DNA of 64,000 nt from Candidatus Krumholzibacteriia bacterium (GCA_035268685.1 DATFKK010000087.1:15717-79716); one strand, 5' to 3'; shown: positions 45,618 to 57,766, counted from the stretch's first letter. The notes: generated by a model from the letters alone, not told the origin. Numbers and translations are program-made.

Positions 45618-47357
45618 GTGGGGTCCCGACACCCAGGAGTCCCGATGATCCGTCTGCCCTGGCGAGAATCCGGCTGGAGTGCCCACGAGGCGGCTGCCCA
45701 CCTGCTCGAGCGCTGTGCGTTCGGGCCGCGTCCGGGCGAGGTCGACGCCGTCGCGGCGCGCGGCCCCGCGGAATGGCTGGGTGGACAACTCGCCGGTGGA
45801 CTCGCATCTCCACGGCTCGATCGGTTCCTCGAACGCGCGGCGACGCTCGATCTCGACAATCACGCGATCGTCACGACCTACCCCACCCTCGGCGAGGTCC
45901 GGCGCGCAGCCGTGCGCCACGGTGTCCTTCCCGAGGACGTGGACGACGATCCCACGCTGTACCGGTCGACTCTCCGCGAGTTCATGCGGCGGCGGGGACA
46001 GCGTCCGCAGCGCGAACTCTTCGCCGAGACCCTGGCCGCGAAGCTGTTGCGCGTGCTCCTCGACGAGAACCAGGTACGCGAGGTGCTCGTCGACTTCTGG
46101 TCGGACCACCTCTACGTGAGCGGTGCCGACCCCCGCGCGCGCCGCTTCGTCGGGACCTACGAGCGCGACGTGATCCGCCCGCACGTCCTCGGTCGCTTCG
46201 GCGACATGCTGCGTGCCAGCGCACGACATCCGGCCATGCTCCTGTACCTGGACACTGCCGGGTCGAGCCGGGCGCGCCCCAACGAGAACTACGCACGCGA
46301 GCTGCTCGAACTGCACACCCTCGGTGTCGAAGGCGGCTACACCGAGGACGACGTGCTCGAGGTCGCGCGGGCCTTCACCGGCTGGACGATGCTCCCCTTC
46401 GGCGAGGAGCGCGAAGGGGTCGAGCGCCGCGCGACCGGCCGACGTGCCCGGACCGCCGGCACGGTCGTCGACGGGGACTTCCTCTTCCGTCCCGACCGGC
46501 ACGACACGACGGCGAAGACGGTCCTGGGTCGGCGCCTCCCCGCCGGCCGGGGCATCGAGGACGGCGACGACGTCCTCGAACTGCTGTCGACGCATCCGTC
46601 CACCGCGCGCTTCGTCAGCGCGAAACTCGCGCGGCGGCTCGTCCACGACGACCCCCCGGCCTCACTGATCGGGTCCATGGCCCGGACCTGGGAACGGACG
46701 GCGGGGGATCTCGGAGCGGTCACGCGAACCCTGCTCCGGTCCGAGGAGTTCTGGGACCGGTCGGTGCGGGCGGCCAAGATCAAGTCGCCGCTGGAGCTCG
46801 TGGCGAGTGCGGTGCGCACGACAGGTGCCACCGTGACCCGGCCACGGTCGCTGCACGAGCGGATCGCGCGCATGGGTCAGCCCCTGTACCGTTACCCGGC
46901 TCCCACGGGTTTCCCCGACCACGCCGAGGCGTGGGTGAACGCCGGTTCGTTGCTGCAGCGCATGAAGTTCGGGCTCGACCTGGCCGCGGGTGCGATCGAA
47001 GGGGTCGGTCTCGACCTGCTCGCCCTGAACGACGACCACGAACCCGCCGACCTGCGCGACGCCCTCCTCCACTACGGCGAACGTCTGCTGCCCACGCGCG
47101 ATCTGTCCGGCGCGCTCGACTCGCTGGAGCGCGTGGCCCGCGACACCGGCCTGGTCGAGAAGATCGACGAGCGTGCCGCCCAGTCGCCGGCGCCTGCCGG
47201 CGAGGCAGCGGAGGTCGGCCCCCTCGACGGGACCCGGGAGACCAGCCGGGCCGAGCCGCTCGCGGCCGATGCCGACGCGACGACGGCTCCCGCCCCTGCG
47301 GCGCTCGCGCGCGCCGTGGGCGTGCTCCTGGGCAGTCCGCAGTTCCAGCGTCACTGA
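45618..47357 (+). CDS. DUF1800 family protein
   Basis: Conserved pattern VDFWSDHLYVS...LDTAGS...NENYARELLELHTLGV. Alternative start at 45645. Confidence 0.7.
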   Translation: MGSRHPGVPMIRLPWRESGWSAHEAAAHLLERCAFGPRPGEVDAVAARGPAEWLGGQLAGGLASPRLDRFLERAATLDLDNHAIVTTYPTLGEVRRAAVRHGVLPEDVDDDPTLYRSTLREFMRRRGQRPQRELFAETLAAKLLRVLLDENQVREVLVDFWSDHLYVSGADPRARRFVGTYERDVIRPHVLGRFGDMLRASARHPAMLLYLDTAGSSRARPNENYARELLELHTLGVEGGYTEDDVLEVARAFTGWTMLPFGEEREGVERRATGRRARTAGTVVDGDFLFRPDRHDTTAKTVLGRRLPAGRGIEDGDDVLELLSTHPSTARFVSAKLARRLVHDDPPASLIGSMARTWERTAGDLGAVTRTLLRSEEFWDRSVRAAKIKSPLELVASAVRTTGATVTRPRSLHERIARMGQPLYRYPAPTGFPDHAEAWVNAGSLLQRMKFGLDLAAGAIEGVGLDLLALNDDHEPADLRDALLHYGERLLPTRDLSGALDSLERVARDTGLVEKIDERAAQSPAPAGEAAEVGPLDGTRETSRAEPLAADADATTAPAPAALARAVGVLLGSPQFQRH

Positions 47358-47375
47358 CGCTCCGGGAGGCCCGAC

Positions 47376-48581
47376 GTGCGACGCCGACACTTCCTGCAGT
47401 CCATGGCCGCCGCCGCGGCCGTCGCCGCGTGGCCCGGCGCGTGGATGGCCTTCGCCCGCGGCGCGGTGCGGCCTCCCGTGCTGGTGTGTGTGTTCCAGCG
47501 CGGCGCGATGGACGGGCTCATGGCCGTGCAGCCGCGGGCCGAAGGAGACCTGCCCCGTCTGCGGCCGCGTCTCGTGCTCGATCCCGCCCACGCTCCGGCA
47601 CTCGGCATCGACCACCGGCTGCATCCCGCGCTGGCGCCCTTGCGCGCGTGGTTCGACCGCCGCGAGCTGGCGGTGGTGCACGGCGTGGGATCGCCCGATC
47701 CGACCCGCTCGCACTTCGAGGCCCAGGACTTCATGGAGACGAGCACACCGGGCGTGAAGAGCACCACGAGCGGTTGGTTGGCGCGCACCGTCGCCGCCCT
47801 CGGAGGCACGCCCTCACCGTGGCGTGGGCTGGCCTTGACGTCGGCGCGACCGCGGGCCTTCCACGGGGACACTCCGACGCTCTCGGTGGCCGACCTCGCC
47901 GAGTTCTCGCTCGGCGATCTTCCGGGCGCGGCGGTGGCGACACGAGGCTTCGAGTCCTTGTACGCCCGGACCACGCAGGAACTGCTGCACGACACCGGTC
48001 ACGAGAGCTTCGACGCCCTGCGCGCGCTCGATCCCGCGCGTGTCCGCGCCTATCGCGCGGCTCCCGAGGCCGCGTATCCGAACACGCGTCTCGGTCTGGC
48101 ACTGCGCCAGATGGCGATGGTCGTGAAGGAGGACGTCGGCCTGCGCGTGGGCTTCGTCGAGAGCCAGGGATGGGACACGCACGTGAACCAGGGGGCCGAC
48201 CAGGGCGCCTTCGCGCGCAGCGCCGACGAACTCGCCCGTTCGATCCACGCCTTCCGCACCGATCTGGGCGAGCACGCCGACCGCGTGGTCGTGTGCACCA
48301 TGACCGAGTTCGGCCGCACCGTGCACGAGAACGGCAACGCAGGGACCGACCATGGCCGTGCCTCCTGCTTCTTCGTGCTCGGTCCGCGGGTGCACGGCGG
48401 GCGCGTGCTGGGCGAGCTGCCGGAACTCGTACGGGCGGAACTGGAAGCCGGCCGCGACCTGCCCGTCACGACCGACTTCCGTGCCGTCTTCGCGGCCCTG
48501 CTGCGCGACCACCTGGGCGTGTCCACCGTCGACACGGTGCTCCCGGGCTACGCCGGTGGCGCGCTGCCGTTGTTCGCCTAG
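47376..48581 (+). CDS. DUF1501 family (sulfatase-like) protein with Tat signal
   Basis: Twin-arginine motif RRRHFLQSMAAAAAVAAW. WDTHVNQG and TMTEFGRT motifs, the classic partner of DUF1800. Confidence 0.75.
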   Translation: MRRRHFLQSMAAAAAVAAWPGAWMAFARGAVRPPVLVCVFQRGAMDGLMAVQPRAEGDLPRLRPRLVLDPAHAPALGIDHRLHPALAPLRAWFDRRELAVVHGVGSPDPTRSHFEAQDFMETSTPGVKSTTSGWLARTVAALGGTPSPWRGLALTSARPRAFHGDTPTLSVADLAEFSLGDLPGAAVATRGFESLYARTTQELLHDTGHESFDALRALDPARVRAYRAAPEAAYPNTRLGLALRQMAMVVKEDVGLRVGFVESQGWDTHVNQGADQGAFARSADELARSIHAFRTDLGEHADRVVVCTMTEFGRTVHENGNAGTDHGRASCFFVLGPRVHGGRVLGELPELVRAELEAGRDLPVTTDFRAVFAALLRDHLGVSTVDTVLPGYAGGALPLFA

Positions 48582-50399
48582 TCGAGCTCGCGCGCGATCG
48601 GGACGCGCTTCCACGCGCGGTCGAAGTAGGGCGTGCGCTCGTAGAAGAAGTTCAGCCGTGCACGCGGGTTCTCGGCGAACTCCGGATCCTGCAGACGCTC
48701 CTCGAACTCCTCGTTCAGCGCGGGATCCTCGGCCAGCATCTCGCGCGCCATGGGCTCCATGGCGTAGCTCTCGAAGTACTCGGTGCGCTGCAGCACCTCG
48801 AGCATGAAGCCCCACTGGAACACGCCGTCGGGCGACTGTGGCTCGAGCAGGAGCATGGCGAGGGTGCCGCGGTCCTGGTCGGTGGGCACGCGCAGCGAGC
48901 CCGGCCGGAACTCCACGGTGTCGACCTCGACGGTGGGTTCGCCGGCGTCGACGCGGGCCATGCCCTCGTAGGGACTCTCGGCCATGGTGGCGTCGGGGAA
49001 GCGCATCCGCTGCACCTCGAGCGAGCGCTCGGTGTCGATCCGCTCGTAGCCGACACCGTGCAGGTCGAGCAGCTCGGCGAGGTGGTTCCACTCGGCGGGG
49101 ATCCAGTAGGCGGCCGGCCGGTCGACGAAGGTCACGCGCTCGGCGTTGCCCAGGATCGGGATCTCCACGGTGTGGGGCTCGCCGGTCCAGCGGACGACCT
49201 CGGTTCCGGTGACGTCGGACGGGGCCATCTCGCTGCGGATCGCGCGGAAGTCGATGGTGCCCAGGGGTTCGGGCGAGCGCGCGTAGTCGAGGTGCACGCG
49301 CTGCGGTCGGGCGGCGCGGTCGGCGGCGATCGCCTCGCGCAGACCGTCGAAGTGGTCGGCGGCCGCTCGCAGGTTCGCCTCGAGGAACACGTAGGTGCCC
49401 AGCACGCGGCGGCGGTAGGGCTTCAGCGAGTGGTTCTCGAGCAGCACCGTGGGCAGGTGGCGCGCGTCGCCGTAGCCGTTGCTGTACCGCGGGCCCGCGG
49501 TCCACTGGTACATGCCCCGGGTGATGTCGGTGCGGTCGACGGTGAAGATCAGCGGCCCCGGCACGTGGCCCGCCTCGTCGAGGGCGCGGTCGACGGCGCG
49601 GCGGTAGGGGCCGTCGAGCCAGGCGGCGATCGACGGCGACCAGCCGTGCGTTCCGTTGAACCCGTAGGTGATGTCGTACTGGTAGTCGGCTCCGTCGGTC
49701 ACGTGCAGGTCGAGGTACAGGTCGGGGTCGCAGGCCTCGAGCGCGCGCAGCAGGTGCTGGGTCTCCAGTGCGCGCGCCTTGGCGTAGTCGCGGTTCAGGT
49801 TGAGGTTGCGCGCGTTCGTCCGCCATCCCTGCACCGTGGGCCCGCGCTGGTTCATGCGGTTGTGCTCGCCGCGGCGCTCGTGGCCGTCGACCGAGAAGAT
49901 CGGCAGGAGGACCAGGTTCACCCGGTCGAGCAGGTCGCGCTTCGTCCCGAGCACCGTCATGTCGCGCAGGAGCATGAAGCCGGCATCCTTGCCGTCGATC
50001 TCGCCGCTGTGGATGCCCGCGTGGGCGAAGACCAGCGGGCGGTCGCTCGCGCGCAGGGCCTCGAAGGTGAACGCGCCTTCGCCCGAGGCGACGATCGCCT
50101 CGATCGGCCGTCCCTGCGGGCTGTCGCCGATCGAGACCATCGTGAGTTCGTCGGCCGCGTCGACCAGGCGCCGGGCCCAGGCCATGGTCGTCTCGTAGTC
50201 GGGCGAGGCGTAGCCGCCGCTCTTCTCGAAGTCGGTGGCCCACTCGTGGTCGGGTTCGAGCATCAGCTGGATGCTCGCCCCGTTCCAGGTCTCCACGGGC
50301 GGCAGGTGGTCGATGTGGTGGACGTCGAGGTCGGGGTCCTGCGCGGTGGCAGTGACAGCCAGGGTCAGGAGCAGGACGAGGGAGGTGATCGCTCGCATG
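48578..50399 (-). CDS. M14-family zinc carboxypeptidase, secreted
   Basis: Signal peptide MRAITSLVLLLTLAVTATAQ. Zinc-binding HAGIHSGEIDG (HxxE). ATG ~50399. The track ORF is over-extended. Confidence 0.7.
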
Positions 50400-50549
50400 G
50401 TGCACTCCGGGTCGGGGACGCGCCCGAAGATGCGCCCGTCCTCGGACGCGGTCAATGCCGGCGCGACCGCGCGGGTGACGGATCGGGGGGCTGCGGCTAA
50501 GTTGGGCCCTTCGACGTTTCCCCCCGCACCGACGATCCCGGAGGCAGCC

Positions 50550-51398
50550 GTGGCCGCGACCACGACCCCGGCGGTGTCTGCAGGCGCCTCGCTCGAACTC
50601 GACCTCACCCCGGCCCGCTGGGGCCTGCTGTCGAGCTTCGCGGCAGCCACCTTCCTGCTGATCCCGCTCGAGCAGTTCCTGATCGGGGGAGCGTTCTTCG
50701 TCGCGTCCCTGGTGCTGGTCGTGCGTGACGGGAATCCGGCCCTGCGCCGGCGCATGGGAGTGCTGCTGGGCTGCATCGCCCTGCTGGCGGTCACGCCGAT
50801 CAACACCCAGCTCGAGCCGATCAAGTTCCTCACCCTGGGCGGACCCTTCCTGCTGGTCATCATCGTCCCGGCCGTGATCCTGGCCCGCACCGACCCCGGA
50901 GTGATCCGCTACCGCTTCTGGCCCACGCGCTTCCGCTGGCTCGATCTGTTCTACGTGGCGCTGTCGATCCCGCTCGCGGCCTTCGTGCTCGACTGGTACT
51001 TCGACGTGAATCCCTTCATGCCCTTCCAGTGGCCGCTGCCCGAACAGCAGGACGACAGCAAGATGACCATGCTGTTCTGGGGCATCAACGGCGTGGGCGT
51101 GTGGGACGAGCTGTTCTTCGTGAACACGGTGTTCGCGGTGTTCCGCAGTCTGTTCCGCTTCCGCGTGGCGAACGTGTTCCAGGCCGTGGTGTACATGTCG
51201 GTGCTCTACGACATGGCTTTCATCGGGATCGGCCCGGTCCTGGTGTACCTCTTCGCGCTCACCCAGGGCTCGATGTTCGAGGAGAGCGAAAACCTGCTCT
51301 ACGTGCTCGTCGTGCACCTGATCGTGGACTACTTCCTGTACTGGCAGATCGTCATGGGCCACTACCCCGGCTACGTGCAGCAGGGGATCCTGCACTGA
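50550..51398 (+). CDS. polytopic membrane protein (possible CPBP-like)
   Basis: 6-8 TM helices. WDELFFVN...VVHLIVD are weakly reminiscent of CPBP motifs. GTG 50550 with a GGAGG Shine-Dalgarno. Confidence 0.45.
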   Translation: MAATTTPAVSAGASLELDLTPARWGLLSSFAAATFLLIPLEQFLIGGAFFVASLVLVVRDGNPALRRRMGVLLGCIALLAVTPINTQLEPIKFLTLGGPFLLVIIVPAVILARTDPGVIRYRFWPTRFRWLDLFYVALSIPLAAFVLDWYFDVNPFMPFQWPLPEQQDDSKMTMLFWGINGVGVWDELFFVNTVFAVFRSLFRFRVANVFQAVVYMSVLYDMAFIGIGPVLVYLFALTQGSMFEESENLLYVLVVHLIVDYFLYWQIVMGHYPGYVQQGILH

Positions 51399-51405
51399 CC
51401 CGGAC

Positions 51406-52170
51406 TCAGCCCGAGCCGTTGCCCGTCGCGAGCACGTCGAGGGCCTCGCGGTAGCGGCGCGACAACCGAAGTTCCTCGCCGGTGTCCAGTCGGAGCTTCC
51501 AGTCGCCCTGCGGAGTCGGCTGCATCTCGCGGACGCGCTCGACGTTCACCACGGCCGAACGGTGGATCCGCACGAAACGGTGAGGGTCCAGACGGCGAGC
51601 CAGGCGGCTGATCGGCGAGCGGTAGAGGTGGCGACGGCCGTTCCGGTGCAGCTCGACGTAGTTGCCGGCGGCCGCGATCCACTCGACGCCGTCGAGGTCG
51701 ACGATCTCCACGCGGCCACTGCCGCGGATCGCCAGGCGCTCGACGTGGTCCGGTCCGCGGGCCTCGGCCAGGAGGACCTCGAGCGCGGAACGCTGATCGA
51801 CGGCCTGGGTGGCGGCGGCCCGGTCGATGCCCGCCCGTATCTCGTCGTCACCGGCCGGGATCGGCAGCGGGACGAAGCCGTGGGCGCGCAGCGGACCCCG
51901 GGTCGTCTCGTCCTCGGTCGCGCAGAACACCACCGCGGGCCAACGCCGGGGGGGCAGAGCGCGCAGGACGTCGTAGCCGTCGAGCTCGGGAAGGCCCGGT
52001 TCCACGAAGACGAGCTGCGGGCGGGACTGTTGGATCACCTCGAGAGCCCTCACGCCGTCGGAGGCCTCGCCCACCAGGCGCAGGTCGGCCCGGCCGGCCA
52101 GGGCCCGACTCAGGGCGCGACAGGTCGGGTCGTCGGCCACGGCGAGGACCACCGAACGCGGGGCGCTCAC
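51406..52170 (-). CDS. LytTR-family two-component response regulator (REC + LytTR DNA-binding)
   Basis: REC VVLAVADDPTCRAL...LVFVEPGLPELDG. LytTR ...RIHRSAVVNVERVREM. Confidence 0.8.
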   Translation of the reverse strand: MSAPRSVVLAVADDPTCRALSRALAGRADLRLVGEASDGVRALEVIQQSRPQLVFVEPGLPELDGYDVLRALPPRRWPAVVFCATEDETTRGPLRAHGFVPLPIPAGDDEIRAGIDRAAATQAVDQRSALEVLLAEARGPDHVERLAIRGSGRVEIVDLDGVEWIAAAGNYVELHRNGRRHLYRSPISRLARRLDPHRFVRIHRSAVVNVERVREMQPTPQGDWKLRLDTGEELRLSRRYREALDVLATGNGSG

Positions 52171-52335
52171 GAGCGGCCTCCGCGGCCGGACCGGAACACG
52201 GGACGATGAAGGGAACAGGGCACGGGGAGCCTCCCGGGGTGTCAGGCTCCGTCAACGTACGGAGACGCGACGGCCGCGGACAAGTGGACGACGCGGCCGT
52301 TCGCGCCTTTGTTGCAATCGCCGCGCGGAGCAGGT

Positions 52336-53872
<1,537 letters not shown>

Positions 53873-53876
53873 CCCC

Positions 53877-55004
53877 ATGGACGGGCGCTCCCTCCCCGAT
53901 CCCGCGCAGGTGCTCGACCGGGCGCGGGCGGCGGGCTTCGACGCCGCCGGCATCGCACCCGTTTCGGTGCCCGAACACGAGGAACCCCTCCGCGCGTGGT
54001 TGGCCGCCGGCCACCACGGCGGCATGGAGTGGATGACGCGCAACACCGAGGTGCGCGTCGACCTGCGCACGCGCTTCTCGTGGGCGCGCAGCGCGATCGT
54101 GGTGCTGCGCTCGTACCGAGTCGATCCCGGTCGGAGCGGACTCGCGCGCTTCGTGTCGAGCTACGCGCAGGGGGTCGACTACCACGACGTCCTGCTCGAG
54201 CGCCTGCACGATCTGGAAGCGGTGTTGCGCGCCGACGATGCGGGTTTGCAGTCCCACGCCTACGTCGACACCGGCCCCGTGCTCGAACGCCAGCTCGCCG
54301 AGGCGGCGGGCCTGGGCTGGACGGCGAACAACACCTTGTTGCTGCACCCGCAGCACGGCAGCCGCTTCTTCCTGGGTGTGCTGATCACCGACCTGCCGCT
54401 CGAACCCACGCCGGCGAAGTCCGGATCGTGCGGGACCTGCCGCGCCTGCCAGCCCGCGTGTCCGACCGGTGCTTTCGTCCGGCCCGGTGTGCTCGATGCC
54501 CGTCGTTGCATCAGCTACCTGACCATCGAACACCGCGGTCCGATCCCGCGCGCGCTGCGCCCGGCCATGGGGCAGTGGTTGTTCGGCTGTGACCTGTGCC
54601 AGACGTGTTGTCCGTTCGAGATCGGTGCTTCCGATGCCGGCGATCCGGCCTTCGAGGGGTCGGAGGCGTTGCTCGAGGTGTCGTTGTCGTCCTTGCTCCG
54701 CCTGGACGATGCGGAGTTCCGCGCGCGCTTCCGCAGGACGCCGTTGTGGCGCCCACGGCGGCGGGGACTGCTGCGCAACGCGTTGATCGTGGCGGCGAAC
54801 GGCGAGCACTTCGACTGCGTGCCGGCGGCGGTGGACCTGCTCGGCGACGCCGAGCCCGTGCTGCGGGAGGCCGCGAGCTGGATGCTGGCGACGTTGGGCG
54901 TCGAGGATGCGCGGCCGGCGATCGCGACGGCGCGGGGGTGTGAGGACGAGGAGTGGGTCGTGGCCGGGATGGACGAGGATCTCGGGCGGTTGGGTGTGCG
55001 GTGA
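53877..55004 (+). CDS. queG: tRNA epoxyqueuosine(34) reductase
   Basis: CGTCRACQPACPTGAF and CDLCQTCCPFE 4Fe-4S motifs. QueG N-terminal pattern and C-terminal HEAT-like tail. Confidence 0.85.
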   Translation: MDGRSLPDPAQVLDRARAAGFDAAGIAPVSVPEHEEPLRAWLAAGHHGGMEWMTRNTEVRVDLRTRFSWARSAIVVLRSYRVDPGRSGLARFVSSYAQGVDYHDVLLERLHDLEAVLRADDAGLQSHAYVDTGPVLERQLAEAAGLGWTANNTLLLHPQHGSRFFLGVLITDLPLEPTPAKSGSCGTCRACQPACPTGAFVRPGVLDARRCISYLTIEHRGPIPRALRPAMGQWLFGCDLCQTCCPFEIGASDAGDPAFEGSEALLEVSLSSLLRLDDAEFRARFRRTPLWRPRRRGLLRNALIVAANGEHFDCVPAAVDLLGDAEPVLREAASWMLATLGVEDARPAIATARGCEDEEWVVAGMDEDLGRLGVR

Positions 55005-55019
55005 TGCGGGGAGGGCGGG

Positions 55020-55160
55020 GCGCGTTCATTCCCTGGAGGGCGCGTTCGTTCCCTGGAAGCCGCGCTCATTCCCTGCAAGCCGTGTTCGTTCCCTGGAAGT
55101 CGCGGTCGTTCGTCGGTCGACGGTTCGATTCCGGGAGACTCGGGCGATTCGTTCCTCGTG
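55020..55160. repeat. degenerate 20-bp tandem direct repeat (~6-7 copies), core GTTCRTTCCCTGGAA
   Basis: Units GGCGCGTTCATTCCCTGGAG / GGCGCGTTCGTTCCCTGGAA / GCCGCGCTCATTCCCTGCAA / GCCGTGTTCGTTCCCTGGAA / GTCGCGGTCGTTCGTCGGTC / GACGGTTCGATTCCGGGAGA. No spacers. Lies in the convergent gap after queG. Confidence 0.5.
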
Positions 55161-55720
55161 GGTTTCCGGGCGGAACTTCCCCGACGGGTCCTTCTGGTGT
55201 GGGCGCTTCCGCGGCGGAAGTGGGGTGTGCGGTGGAGTCTCGTCGTCGGTCTCTCGTTCGCCGGTGATCCCGACAACGCGGCTCGTCGCCCCGTCGGCGT
55301 CGATCGAGACGAGTTCGACGTCCATCTGCCCGTGCAGCACGTGGACCGCGTCCGCACTCGGCCCATACGGTGGGCGTCGCCGAGCAGGACTCCTTCGCCG
55401 ATCTCGGCGCTGCGCCAGCGCAGGCGGGTGTCGATCGGGGCGCCGCCTGGGACCGAAGGAATCATGCGGACGGGGGAGGTTTCGAGCAACACCCGCGGGA
55501 ACGGCGGCGATTGGCGATGATGTCACTTCCGGTGCGGAAGTCGGAGTTCCCGCGCGGAACATCCCCATCGGACCTCCTTCCGACCACGTCCGCGGCGGAA
55601 GTGAGCGTGGTTGGCCGCGTGCTCGACCTCCGCCGCAGCGACCACGGTCTGGATACCGCCGACGACGAAGCCCGGCCGCTACGACGAGCGACCGGGCCGT
55701 GGGTTCCGACCGGAACGCGT

Positions 55721-57766
55721 TCACTTCAGCAGCGTGATCTTCCGCGTCCTCACCTCACCGGCACCAGTGGCCTTCACGAAGTAGACACCCGACGAGACCG
55801 ACGATCCGTTCGCATCCCGACCGTTCCACGTCACCGTGTGCTCACCGGCCGTGTGGTGGCCGTGGGCGAGCGTCGCGACGACGCGGCCCCGCGGGTCGAT
55901 CACGTCGACGCGCACGGGTCCGGCCTCGGCCAGGCCGAAGCGGATCTGCGTGCGCGGGTTGAAGGGATTCGGCACCGCGTTCTCGAGCGTCAGTGCGCGG
56001 GCGACGGTGGCGCTCGGCGCCGAGGTGGACGTCGCGCACGACTCGAGACCCTCGCGCACGAGATCGCGGAACAACTCCTGGGTCACGTCGAACAGGCGCT
56101 GGGTGTCGATCGCGTCGTCGAGGAACAGGCCGAAGACGTAGTCACGATCCGAGAAACGGCTCCGCACGCATTCGGGGATCTGGATCGTTCCCGCCACCGA
56201 GACGAACTCCTTGCCGTTCAGCGTGTAGCCACCGGGCTTCCACGCCCATTCCATCTCGTCGAGATAGGTCGCGGCCAGGTGCGAGACACCGGTCGCGTTC
56301 GCCTCGTCGACGACCATCTGCTGGATCTGGTTCGTCAGCCACCACTGGTCGGTCGCGGGCGTCAGGTGGCTCTGCATGGTCTCGTAGAACCCGGTCCGCA
56401 CGGTCGAGAGCGCCGCACCGTTCACGATCTGCTCGTACAGGTTGCCCGCGTCGCGCAACGTGAGTTCGTTCGGAGCCGTCACCGCCGGCGTGCCGCAGCC
56501 CAGCGGCGCGTGGTTGAGATCGCTGTCGGTGCTGACGCCGCCGAAGGTGCGCACGGAGTTCATGATGTCGAACTCGCCGTAGCGGGCCCGGATCGCCTCG
56601 GTGGCGGGGTTGTCCGAGTACCACATCATCAGGCGCGTGGTGTCGTACAGGCTGCGTGCCACGGTCGGGCTGCCACCGGCCGGACAGCTGTTGCCGATGA
56701 TCGTCTCGTCGTAGGAGATCAGGCTGTTCGTCTGGTCGACACCGGTCGCGATCATCCGCCACGCGTGGAAGTGGTGGAAGATCTTGATCGTGCTCGCCGG
56801 TTCGAACCGGAAGTCCGGATTGAGCGAAGCCAGGGTGGGCCCGTTGAGCTGTCGCAGGTACAGGCCGGTGGTTCCGTCGCTTCCGTAGCCGAGTTCCTCG
56901 GCCAGGCGCGTGGTGAGCGCGTTCGCGTTGTTGGTCAGGGCGACGGCGTACCGCGTGCCGCTGACGGTCGCATAGGGCTCGATGTCGACGATGCGGGATC
57001 CCGTCTGGTTCACGAGGTCGGTGACCCCACTCGCGGTGAATCCGTAGTACCACCACCAGTTCGACTCGGGTGGCATCATGATCACGTCGAAGCGTGTTCC
57101 GTCGGCCGCACCTACGACGTCGAGGTCGACGACGCGGTATCCCGTCTCCTGGATCTGGGCCGTGACGAAGGCCTCGTCGACGTTCACCCACCAGTACCAG
57201 CCACTGGCGTCGTTGCCCGTGTTCTCGACCATGATGCCGTCGTAGAGGGTGCCGCCGGCCGTCCCGCGCGACTCGATGTCGATCAGACGCGCGCCGTTCT
57301 GGTCGAGCAGGCTGCTCATCTGCGACACGGTGCGGCTGGTGTACCACCACCACGTCTTCTCTTCGGCGCCGGTGTTGTTCACCATGATCACCGCGAAGCG
57401 GTCGTCGGCGTAGCGCTCGATGTCGATCAGCCGGGCCTGGTTGGTGTCGAGCAGGTTGCCCACGTCGGTGAAGTCCGCGCCGTAGTACCACCACCAGCTC
57501 GACACCTGGTGCACGCCAGCGTTCTGGACGAACGCGGCGGAGAAGCGCAGGGGATCGGCCGACTGGACCTCGATGTCGATCAGCCGGGCGCCGGTGTCGT
57601 CGATGAGGTCGGTGACCTGCTGCGGCGTGACGTTGTGCAGCCAGTACCACTCCGACGGCGTGCCGTCGAGGCGCTCGCCGGGAGCGGGGATCGCGTGGGC
57701 GGTGGTGGTCTGCAATACGAGCAACAGACTGACCAGGGTGGCGACACGGGAGAGCATGCGGCGCAT
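55721..57766 (-). CDS. secreted protein: five W-rich ~47-aa repeats + class-A beta-lactamase-like serine hydrolase domain + C-terminal FlgD-Ig/Por-type sorting domain
   Basis: Signal peptide MRRMLSRVATLVSLLLVLQTTTAHA. Repeats ARLIDIE...WWWYYG (x5). STIK (SxxK), YSDN (SDN) and KPGG motifs. C-terminal NPFNPRTQIRFGL...GVYFVKA...RKITLLK. Confidence 0.6.
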   Translation of the reverse strand: MRRMLSRVATLVSLLLVLQTTTAHAIPAPGERLDGTPSEWYWLHNVTPQQVTDLIDDTGARLIDIEVQSADPLRFSAAFVQNAGVHQVSSWWWYYGADFTDVGNLLDTNQARLIDIERYADDRFAVIMVNNTGAEEKTWWWYTSRTVSQMSSLLDQNGARLIDIESRGTAGGTLYDGIMVENTGNDASGWYWWVNVDEAFVTAQIQETGYRVVDLDVVGAADGTRFDVIMMPPESNWWWYYGFTASGVTDLVNQTGSRIVDIEPYATVSGTRYAVALTNNANALTTRLAEELGYGSDGTTGLYLRQLNGPTLASLNPDFRFEPASTIKIFHHFHAWRMIATGVDQTNSLISYDETIIGNSCPAGGSPTVARSLYDTTRLMMWYSDNPATEAIRARYGEFDIMNSVRTFGGVSTDSDLNHAPLGCGTPAVTAPNELTLRDAGNLYEQIVNGAALSTVRTGFYETMQSHLTPATDQWWLTNQIQQMVVDEANATGVSHLAATYLDEMEWAWKPGGYTLNGKEFVSVAGTIQIPECVRSRFSDRDYVFGLFLDDAIDTQRLFDVTQELFRDLVREGLESCATSTSAPSATVARALTLENAVPNPFNPRTQIRFGLAEAGPVRVDVIDPRGRVVATLAHGHHTAGEHTVTWNGRDANGSSVSSGVYFVKATGAGEVRTRKITLLK

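Noticed and set aside
55115-55150. tRNA or tmRNA 3' fragment (GGTTCGATTCC T-loop-like motif)
   Set aside because: No complementary acceptor 5' strand ~60 nt upstream, T-stem pairing is poor, and there is no CCA or discriminator context.
55020-55160. CRISPR array
   Set aside because: Repeats are directly adjacent with no unique spacers, are only ~20 bp, and decay progressively. No cas genes nearby.
55026-55724. 232-aa minus ORF across the tandem-repeat gap
   Set aside because: Arg/Pro-rich low-complexity translation. Its C-terminal part is simply the 20-bp repeat read in shifting frames (period not a multiple of 3).
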